Positions 12,781 to 22,608 of a stretch of 64,000 nt of DNA are shown here, piece by piece (position 1 is the stretch's first letter; every line of letters begins with the position of its first letter). The position numbers and the translations under genes are program-made. Origin of the DNA: an uncultured Planctomycetota bacterium (GTDB lineage: Bacteria > Planctomycetota > PLA2 > JAEUHO01). The DNA lies in the NCBI GenBank assembly GCA_963752285.1, contig CAVVXN010000002.1:416001-480000 (forward strand). Reading direction: 5' to 3'. Under the pieces are notes generated by a model. It saw nothing but the letters and a program-made list of their open reading frames with translations. It ran no database searches and was not told where the DNA came from.

Positions 12781-13410
12781 ATGACGACGGTCTACGATCC
12801 CCTCGTTGCCCAGCGCCCGATCCCAGAGGCGGGCCGAGTCGTCTCGGACCTCGTCGATCGTCTGGTGGCGCGTGACGCAGACGCATTCGAGGAGCTCGTA
12901 CGGACGCGTAGTCCCCGCATGCTGGCCGTCGCGATCCGCTACCTTCCGCGCCGACAGGACGCGGAGGACGCGCTGCAGGAAGCGTTTCTCAACGTCGTAC
13001 GCTCCATCTCCGGGTTCAAGGGCGCGTGCAGCCTCGACACGTGGCTGCACCGCATCGTGGTCAACTGCGCGCTGATGCTCCTGCGCGGGCGTCGGCGCAA
13101 GCCCGAAATCACGCACGCGGAATCGGTCTTCGAGACCGAGCGCACGGGGCCGTGGCGCCGCTGGCCTCCTCCGTCGGCGCACGATGTCGTCGCCAACCGG
13201 GAGCTGAAGAGCATCGTGCAGCAGGCCGTGGCCCGGCTGCCCGAGATCTACCGCGTGGTGCTGTTGCTCCGCGACGTCGAGGCGCTCGATCTCAAGCAGA
13301 TCTCGGAGCTGCTCGGCGTGGGGGTACCAACCGTCAAAAGCAGGCTTCGCCGGGCTCGGAACGCGCTCCAGTGCGCCCTGGGCCCGCAGCTCTCGGAGTC
13401 GAGCACATGA
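12781..13410 (+). CDS. ECF (sigma-70 group 4) RNA polymerase sigma factor
   Basis: Region 2 DAEDALQEAF...TWLHRIVVN; region 4 LPEIYRVVLLLRDVE...ISELLGVGVPTVKSRLRRAR. Start could lie as far upstream as 12712. Confidence 0.93.
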   Translation: MTTVYDPLVAQRPIPEAGRVVSDLVDRLVARDADAFEELVRTRSPRMLAVAIRYLPRRQDAEDALQEAFLNVVRSISGFKGACSLDTWLHRIVVNCALMLLRGRRRKPEITHAESVFETERTGPWRRWPPPSAHDVVANRELKSIVQQAVARLPEIYRVVLLLRDVEALDLKQISELLGVGVPTVKSRLRRARNALQCALGPQLSESST

Positions 13411-13691
13411 CCACCTCATGCCACCGCATCCGCTCCATGCTGGACGACGACGAGATTCGGGGGACCGATTCGCGCGAGGAGCGCGCCCGGGCCGAGCACC
13501 TGCGCGCGTGCGCGGACTGCAGGGAGGAACTGAAGGGGGTCATCGCCCAGCGCGCCACCCTGCAGGGCGTGTTCCTCGCCGAGGACGCCCCGCCCCCGCT
13601 GTCGGAGGCCCTCGTCACCAGGTACGTGACGGCGATGGTCCGGGCCGCGCGCGGTGACATGGACGCCGGGCTCTCCGCCGGGCGGGCCTGA
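13407..13691 (+). CDS. Soluble zinc-binding anti-sigma factor (zf-HC2/ZAS), 94 aa
   Basis: ATGA overlap with the sigma stop; HLRACADC = HxxxCxxC; no TM helix. Confidence 0.85.
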   Translation: MTTSCHRIRSMLDDDEIRGTDSREERARAEHLRACADCREELKGVIAQRATLQGVFLAEDAPPPLSEALVTRYVTAMVRAARGDMDAGLSAGRA

Positions 13692-13826
13692 CCGTCTCGC
13701 CCGCGCGCCGCGGGCCGGGCGCGCGCCCCTTCCCGCGAGGGCGGGAGGTGACGACGAGGAGCGCCGCCGGCCGCGCGCGTCGCGAACCGAACCCGGCGGC
13801 GCCCCCGAATGGAAGTCGCGACCGGG

Positions 13827-14345
13827 CTAGCCGTGCATCCCCTGGAGCGACTGGATGTGCGAGCGCGTGCGCTCCAGCAGGTCGCCCCGGATCATGGTCT
13901 TCGTGTCGGCATCGGTGTCGGAGTCGTTGAGGGCGTGTTCGTAGGCGTCTACGCCCTGCTTCTCACCCTTCTCGAGCGCGGCTCGTCCCGTCTCGTCTCC
14001 GATGAGGGCGGCGCCCTTGGCGACGAGATCCGTCCACCCGCCCCACGCCCCGGACCCCATCTCGGGATCCCCGCCCAGCGCGACGACATGCGCGCGGAGC
14101 TTCGCCGCGGAGGCCTTGTGATCGTCCAGGATGGTCGTCAGACCCGCGGCCCACTCCGTCTTGTCGTTCCTCTTGATCACGTCCTCGTAGGTCGTCACGG
14201 CGGCCAGCTCGCCGCGCAAGAGGCTCTTCGCGTTCTCGAGGGCGTTCCTCGACACGCCGGGCGCCGGCGTGTCCTTGTGGGCGTCGCATCCCGAGAGGGG
14301 TAGGACCGACAGCAGGATCAGGGACAGGAACAGAGGTCTCTGCAC
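13827..14345 (-). CDS. DUF2383/PA2169-family ferritin-like four-helix protein with lipoprotein signal
   Basis: GTG start with GGAG RBS; lipobox LSGC; LLRGELAAVTTYE...LGGDP..GSGAWG...LEKGEKQGVDAYEHAL. Confidence 0.8.
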   Translation of the reverse strand: MQRPLFLSLILLSVLPLSGCDAHKDTPAPGVSRNALENAKSLLRGELAAVTTYEDVIKRNDKTEWAAGLTTILDDHKASAAKLRAHVVALGGDPEMGSGAWGGWTDLVAKGAALIGDETGRAALEKGEKQGVDAYEHALNDSDTDADTKTMIRGDLLERTRSHIQSLQGMHG

Positions 14346-14394
14346 GGGATTCTCCGACGAGGGCGGCCGGCCGGGATTGGTCGGAGGCGCGTTC

Positions 14395-14424
14395 CTTGGA
14401 TGCCGTGGTCGCTCCGGCGGTGCG
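14395..14424 (-). promoter_or_regulatory. Candidate ECF promoter (CGCACC-N14-GGCATCCAAG) for the DUF2383 gene
   Basis: Same boxes and spacing as the copy at 14526-14555; about 50 nt upstream of the start. Confidence 0.6.
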
Positions 14425-14525
14425 TGCTTTCCTCCACGTCGGGGTCCCGTCGCTCCTCGCACGCGCTGGCTCCCCCGCGACGGCGCGGACGAGGAGGGCG
14501 ACTCGGGACCTTCGCCGCGCCGGCT

Positions 14526-14555
14526 CGCACCGTATGAACTCCATCGGCATCCAAG
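14526..14555 (+). promoter_or_regulatory. Candidate ECF promoter (CGCACC-N14-GGCATCCAAG) for the 14628 gene
   Basis: Divergent twin of the 14395-14424 motif, with a different spacer sequence. Confidence 0.6.
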
Positions 14556-14627
14556 GGGCAGTCGATCCGCGGCGCGGCGTCGGGCTTTCCTTCTCTCGCG
14601 TGCACGTGATCCAACATGAGGTGAACC

Positions 14628-15518
14628 TTGAAGAGTCGATTCTTTGGAGTGGCGGGAATGGGTTCCGTCGTGGCCGTGCTCGGGTTCGTGCTGAGCACCA
14701 GTGGAGCGTGGGCCGGCGAGCCTCCGGCGGCCGGCGCCGTGCCAGCCGCCCCGCAGCGCGCCGCCGACGCGGCCACGGCGAGTCGATCGTCCGAGGGCGC
14801 GAAGGGCGCCTGGATCACGTACGAGACGACGGGCGTGAGCTACGAGCAGCCGCGCTTCGTCGGTGACGCGCAGCTCTTGGTGCGCGATTCATCCCCTGAG
14901 ACCGCAGGCCCCGACACGAAGGCGAAGGACTCGGCGACGTGGCGCGTGTACCGAGGACTCGACCTCGCCGCCATCGTCAAGGCCAACGACAAACTGGCAT
15001 CGGCGCCCTACATGGCGGCGCTGCGGTCGTCCGTCGAGGCCGACGCGCAAGAGGCAGCCGACCCGGCGCAGGTCACGAGTGCGGTGCGCACGAGCGTGGA
15101 GGCCCCGGGCCTCACCTACGAGCAGGGCACGACCGGCGGGGCGCGCCTCTTCGTTCTCGAACCGACCGGTCGCGAGACGCTCTACACGGGCGACGATCTC
15201 GAGAAGGTGGTGTCGTCGAACCCGTCGTTGGCCGACCTCCCGGGCTTCAAGAGCTTCCGCTCGCGCGTGGAGCAGATGCACGGCATCGACCCGCTCGTCC
15301 TTCGTCAGGACACCTCGACGATCCTGATCGTTTGCCACACGCCCGACGGGGTGGTCGTGACGTCGAACACCTGGCTCGACGGCGCGTGGACCTCTCAGAA
15401 GTACGAGGGCTCCGACATGGCGGCGGTCCAGGCGGCGGCGCCGGCGCTGCGCGCCCTTCTCGAGACGAGCTACCACGCCACGCAGGCGGTCGGCACGGAC
15501 GAACAGCGCCTGCGCTAG
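14628..15518 (+). CDS. Secreted hypothetical protein with three internal YxGxD[LM] repeats
   Basis: TTG start after GAGG; signal peptide ending AWA; repeats YRGLDL, YTGDDL, YEGSDM. Confidence 0.75.
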   Translation: MKSRFFGVAGMGSVVAVLGFVLSTSGAWAGEPPAAGAVPAAPQRAADAATASRSSEGAKGAWITYETTGVSYEQPRFVGDAQLLVRDSSPETAGPDTKAKDSATWRVYRGLDLAAIVKANDKLASAPYMAALRSSVEADAQEAADPAQVTSAVRTSVEAPGLTYEQGTTGGARLFVLEPTGRETLYTGDDLEKVVSSNPSLADLPGFKSFRSRVEQMHGIDPLVLRQDTSTILIVCHTPDGVVVTSNTWLDGAWTSQKYEGSDMAAVQAAAPALRALLETSYHATQAVGTDEQRLR

Positions 15519-15647
15519 AGCGTCTTGGACGGTCCCGAGCAGCGATGCTCCCCCCCGGGGGCGTCGGCCTTGCGGCCGGCGCCCCCGCATCGTTTCCCGG
15601 GAGTCGCCCTCGGGGCGGGGACGTCGGCGTCCAGCGGCTGCGGGGCG

Positions 15648-15678
15648 GGAACCTCGGTTGCCCCGACCGGCATCCAAG
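15648..15678 (+). promoter_or_regulatory. Candidate ECF promoter (GGAACC-N15-GGCATCCAAG) for the 15694 gene
   Basis: Third copy of GGCATCCAAG, 15 nt before the ATG and just upstream of a GGAGG RBS. Confidence 0.55.
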
Positions 15679-15693
15679 AGGTCGGAGGCGCCA

Positions 15694-15939
15694 ATGAAGC
15701 CGATCCAGATCGTAGGTGTCGTCCTCTTGATCCTGGGCATCGTCGCCGTCGCCGTGTCGGGCTCGTGGACGACCGGGGCGGAGACGAGTACGCGCGTCGG
15801 TCCGATGCACATCGAGACCGGAAACACCGAGCGGGTGGTAGTCCCCACGTGGGCCGGGTTCGCGGTGATCGCCATCGGGGGCGTTCTGGTCGCCTATCCC
15901 CTGCTCCGCAAGAAGCACCGATCACCGCAGGCCGGGTGA
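15694..15939 (+). CDS. Small two-TM membrane protein (DUF3185-like), 81 aa
   Basis: MKPIQIVGVVLLILGIVAV...VGPMHIET...VPTWAGFAVIAIGGVLVA; GGAGG RBS. Confidence 0.75.
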   Translation: MKPIQIVGVVLLILGIVAVAVSGSWTTGAETSTRVGPMHIETGNTERVVVPTWAGFAVIAIGGVLVAYPLLRKKHRSPQAG

Positions 15940-16233
15940 GCGGGCACCCTCGGCGACACGGCGACCGTCCCCTCTCACCGCCACACAACCGTCGAGAGCG
16001 TGATCGGGTGGTCGAGGCCGGCCCTCGCGGTGCCGCTCGAACCGAAGATGCCCCGCGCCGAGGCCCGCCGGCAGCCGGGCCCGGTCCTCGACCGCCTCCG
16101 GTACCACCAGCGGCGGAACCGGCGTCCCGAGCATCGCGCGCCAAGACCGGTCTGCGGCGGCTCGAGGACGCCGGCGTGCATCCAACGGCGCGCGAGCGTG
16201 TTCGGGCGTGTCACAAGACGTGGCGCGGTCGGA

Positions 16234-17418
16234 CTAGCGTTGCGCCGCCCTCCATCGCAGACCCCGCCGGGCGCAGTTGGAGATCACGAAGAACTCCCCA
16301 TCCGACGAGACGACGAGGCCCACGGAGCCCGGTAGCGCGGCAACGATGGCTGCGAGCGACCGGTGCCTGGTCCCACGGCGCTCCAGGATCGCCCCCAGTT
16401 CCTCGGGAAGTCTGGAGATGTCCTCCCTGCAAACGGTGAGCTTCGCGCCCACGGCCAGGGGCGCCAGAAGGGGCGTCACGATCACGGCGCCATCGATGCG
16501 CGCCAGGTCGGCAAGCCGGTGTGCCTGCAGAGCCAGCGCCTTCTCGATGCGTTCCGGTCGGGGTCTTGGGACTCGCTCCCCGGAGTGCGCGATCTCCCAG
16601 GCGATGCTCTTCCTGAGGGGCGCCGACCAGGGGAACGCACCCTGACCACACTCTTCGAGTCGCGCCACGCCGGAGGCGAGATCCAGCGCGTCCAGCGCCG
16701 AGGACTGCCCGGAGAGCAGCAAGAGTCCGATGCCGACGCCGTCGCGCACGCAGTTCGCAGACGCCTTGAACAGCATCTCGCTCACCTGCCGGGCGCCAAC
16801 CTCCGGCATCGATCGCACGGCTTCTCGGGCCGTCGCCTCTCGGTCGCCGGGACCTTCCCCAGGGAAGGTCCGCAGCACCTCCCCTACGAGTTCCCCCTCG
16901 ACCCCATCGAGAAGGTCGCCCGGGAGCAGATCGAGGATCCCGGCTTGGATGGTCCGCTGTGCACAACGGCCGCGTATGAAGTGCACCTCCGTCACACCGC
17001 GGCGGTACGTGAGAACCGCGGCGTCATGCACCTCCACGGTGCACACCTGCTCCTGGGATACGACCGGGGCGAACGAGTTCTCCTCGAGAGCGAACACACT
17101 GTGCGCCCAAAGGCTGTCTTCGTTCCAGGTCACGACGACCGCTGTACGGTCGCGGGCGAATCCAACGCCCAGCTTTCGCATCCACTGCGTTCCCAGGAGC
17201 GGAGCGGGAGAAAAGCGCAGCAGCATGTTCACGGCGAGCTCTTCTGGAACGAGCACGTAGGTTCCTCGGACCGCTCGGCCCTCTTCGCGGAGCAGGCTGG
17301 CCTCGTAGGCCAACACGAGCAGCTCGTGGGTCCCGGGGATGGGCGCCAGCGTCTGGCCGCCGGACGCCCTGTAGGCATCGAGGACGGAGGCAGGATCGAA
17401 CGTGACGGTGGGGCTCAA
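16234..17418 (-). CDS. Diadenylate cyclase (DisA_N/DAC)-domain protein with an uncharacterised N-terminal domain
   Basis: C-terminal LARIDGAVIV, RGTRHRS and VVSSDG match the DGA and RHR motifs. TTG at 17418 chosen for its GGAG; the ORF extends to 17565. Confidence 0.8.
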   Translation of the reverse strand: MSPTVTFDPASVLDAYRASGGQTLAPIPGTHELLVLAYEASLLREEGRAVRGTYVLVPEELAVNMLLRFSPAPLLGTQWMRKLGVGFARDRTAVVVTWNEDSLWAHSVFALEENSFAPVVSQEQVCTVEVHDAAVLTYRRGVTEVHFIRGRCAQRTIQAGILDLLPGDLLDGVEGELVGEVLRTFPGEGPGDREATAREAVRSMPEVGARQVSEMLFKASANCVRDGVGIGLLLLSGQSSALDALDLASGVARLEECGQGAFPWSAPLRKSIAWEIAHSGERVPRPRPERIEKALALQAHRLADLARIDGAVIVTPLLAPLAVGAKLTVCREDISRLPEELGAILERRGTRHRSLAAIVAALPGSVGLVVSSDGEFFVISNCARRGLRWRAAQR

Positions 17419-17758
17419 GGAGCCAGCTCCCGTGCGGTGGAACGAACGCCCGGTGCTCGTCCTCGTGGACGTTCGCGGGGGATGTGCACTCCGCGTGCCC
17501 AGCCTACCCGGTGCCGGCACGCCCGGGGAATGCGATCGCAAGCCCGGTACGCAGGCGATCGCCACGCGGACCGCTGGCTTCGATCTCCCGACGCCGGCGA
17601 TCGGCGCGGGCCGGAGCGGCGTGGTCCGGGCGTACGCGCTCGCCTCGTTCCTGCGGCGCGACCGGGTCGAGCTCGTCGCGGAACGGACGCTCGCCCCGCG
17701 CCGACGGGCTTCGGCCCGAGGGGCGCGGCGGGAGAGCCGAGGGCGGACCCGCGGCCGG

Positions 17759-18010
17759 CTAGACGCCCTCGGTCGGGCGCGGCAGGGGCTTCTCGACCAC
17801 GCCCCGGCGGAGGAGCTTCGCGGCGACCTTCACGCGGACCACCCGCCCGTCGATCAGGGCGCGGACCTTCTGGACGTTCGGCTTGAAGGTGCGGTTCGTC
17901 TTGCCGGTGATCTTCTTGCCGACGCCGCCCTTGGACTTGGCGAGACCGCGCGTGGTGTACTGGCGCCCGGCCCGGGTCCTCTTCTGGCTGTACTGGCAGA
18001 CGCGAGCCAT
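17759..18010 (-). CDS. rpmB: 50S ribosomal protein L28 (PVC-type)
   Basis: MARVCQYSQKRTRAGRQYTTRGLAKSKGGVGKKITGKTNRTFKPNVQKVR; GGAG RBS. Confidence 0.95.
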   Translation of the reverse strand: MARVCQYSQKRTRAGRQYTTRGLAKSKGGVGKKITGKTNRTFKPNVQKVRALIDGRVVRVKVAAKLLRRGVVEKPLPRPTEGV

Positions 18011-18126
18011 GGCGGTTCTCTCCGAGGAAGCGGGGCATGGTACGGGCGATCGCGGGTCGGGCCAACGACCGCGCGGACCGCCCGGGGCGCGGGCGGGGTC
18101 CCGGAGGCCGTACAATCGGGCGGCCC

Positions 18127-20327
18127 ATGTCGTTTCCCGCCTCCGGCCCGGATCGCGGGCACCTCCTCGAGGACCTGAACCCCTCGCAGCGCGAGGCGGT
18201 GACCCATCACGGCGGCCCCCTCCTGGTCGTCGCGGGGGCGGGGACCGGCAAGACGCGGGTCCTCACCCGGCGCGTGGCCTGGCTCGTCGAGGGCGGGCTC
18301 CCGGGCCGCGCGCTCCTGGCCATCACGTTCACGAACAAGGCGGCCGGGGTCCTTCGCGAGCGCCTGCAGGCCCTCCGGGCGGGCGCCGACGCGTGGGCGG
18401 GGACCTTCCACGCGTTCGCCGCCCACGTCCTCCGGGTGTCCGGGACCGCGATCGGGATCGACCCCGAGTTCACGATCCTCGACCGGGACGACCAGCGTCG
18501 TCTCCTCCGCGACCTGATCCACGACCTCGCCCCGGGAGAGCCCGCGCTCAAGCCCGCGGTGGTGGCCGAGATGATCTCGCTCGGCAAGAACCGTGGGGCG
18601 GGCCCCCGGCCGCTCGACCTCACGTCGCCCTCGCTCGAGGAGGCCTTCGACCGGGTGGTGCGGGCCTACGCCGCGCGCACCCGCGCGGCGAACGTGCTCG
18701 ACTTCGACGACCTCTTGCTCGAGGCGCGTCGCCTGCTCGAGGAGGACGAGGAGGCCGGCGACCGCTATCGCCGTCGCTTCGCGCACGTGCTCGTGGACGA
18801 GTACCAGGACACGAACCCGGTTCAGGCGGAGCTGCTCGGCGCGCTACTCTCGCCCGCGAGGAACCTCACCGTCGTGGGCGACCCGGACCAGAGCATCTAC
18901 CGGTGGCGCGGCGCCGCGGTGCGCAACATCCTCGAGTTCGACCAGGACTTTCCCGGCGCCCGGATCGTGGTGCTCGAGCGCAACTACCGCTCGACCGCGC
19001 GCATCCTCGAGGCCGCCGAGCACGTGATCGCGGAGAACGTCCAGCGTCACGCGAAGCGGCTCTACACAGAACGCGAGCCGGGCGCGCCCCTGCTGGAGAT
19101 CGGGTCGCCGACGGCGGAGCACGAGGCCGACCGCATCGCCGACCTCGTCGAGAGGTGGCGCGGTGAGGGCTTCGGCTACCAGGACATGGCCGTCTTCTAC
19201 CGTGTGAACGCCCTCTCTCGGGCCATCGAGATGGCGTTTCGGATCCGCGACATCCCGTACGTGGTGGTCGCCGGCGTCGAGTTCTTCCAGCGGCGCGAGG
19301 TGAAGGACCTGCTCGCGTACGCGCGGCTCGTCGAGAACCCCGACGACGACGCCGCGTTCGTCCGGGTGGTGAACGCGCCCCGCCGCGGCATCGGGGCGAC
19401 GAGCCTCGCGCGGATGCGCCTCGCGGCGGCCGAGCGCGGGCAGTCCTACACCGCCACCCTCCGGGCCGGGGGCGTGAACCTGCCCAAGCGCGCTCGGGAG
19501 GGCGTGGCCGCCCTCCTCGGCCTGATCGACGCGGTGCGGAAGATGCCCCGCGCCCCGGTCCACCCGATCCTCGCGGCCCTGGCCGAGCGCTCGGGGTACC
19601 GCGCGGCGCTGGAGGCCGACGCGCGACAGGACGACATCTCGACGAGCCGCCTCGCGAACGTCGAGGCCCTCGTCGCGCACGCGCACGCGTACGAGAAGGA
19701 GGCGCCCGAGGGCGACCTCCGCTCGTTCCTCGAGCGCGCGGCGCTCGTCGCCGACCAGGACGCGTACGAGGAAGGAGGGGGGCGCGTATCGCTCATGAGC
19801 GTCCACGCCGCGAAGGGGCTGGAGTTCCCCTGCGTGGTCGTCGCCGGGGCCGAGGACGGGTACTTTCCCCACGCGCGTTCCGAGACGCCCGTCGAGCGCG
19901 AGGAGGAGCGCCGACTGTTCTACGTGGCGATGACCCGCGCCGAGGAGCGCCTCGCCGTGACCCACGCCGCCACGCGCGGCACGTTCCGTGGGTCGGAGCG
20001 CCGGTGGCCCTCGCCCTTCCTCCAGGCCGTGCCGCGGCGCCTCCGGGAGCAGCGGGGGATGGAGTCGTACGCGCTCTTCGGCGACCCCGAGTGGGGCCAA
20101 CGCGCGACGGATCTCCCGCCCGATCCCGGCTACCCTCCCGAGGGAGACGTCGTGCGCGAGGGATCGTTCCCGTTCGCGACGGGCGAGCGCGTGGTCCATC
20201 CCTACTTCGGCGAGGGCGTCCTCACGGACGTGCTCGGGAGCGGCCCGGACGTCCGCGTGACCGTAGAGTTCGACGAGCACGGAAGGAAACAGATGCTCTT
20301 CAAGCACGCCCGCCTGGAGCGCCCCGC

Positions 20328-20331
<4 letters not shown>
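18127..20331 (+). CDS. pcrA: ATP-dependent DNA helicase PcrA/UvrD
   Basis: LNPSQREAV, AGAGTGKT, TFTNKAA, VDEYQD, GDPDQSIY, NYRS, HAAKGLEF, EERRLFYVAMTRA, C-terminal Tudor-like domain. Confidence 0.95.
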
Positions 20332-22394
<2,063 letters not shown>

Positions 22395-22561
22395 GGCACG
22401 GCCCCGCGGTCCCCTCGGTCCCCGCCGGCCGCCCGCGGTCGGACGTTTCGTTGACACCCGCGGCTGCACCTCGCCCCGGCCGCGCCCGTGGCCGATTTGG
22501 CGGATTGGCCCGAACCAGCGGTCCGACAACGGGTTGCGTCGATCCTCCCGGCGGCGCCAGA

Positions 22562-22578
22562 CCGGCACGGGCTTTGTT
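22562..22578 (+). promoter_or_regulatory. Possible sigma54 -24/-12 promoter CCGGCACGGGCTTTGTT
   Basis: GGCACG-N4-TTG spacing is correct but -12 is GT instead of GC; 30 nt upstream of ATG 22609. Confidence 0.3.
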
Positions 22579-22608
22579 TGCGCCCGGTGCCCCCTTGGAG
22601 GCCCCCGC

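Noticed and set aside
17560..17758. tRNA or integration site between the DAC gene and rpmB
   Set aside because: No cloverleaf or T-loop consensus. There is only a GC hairpin at ~17692-17730, and no integrase or direct repeats.
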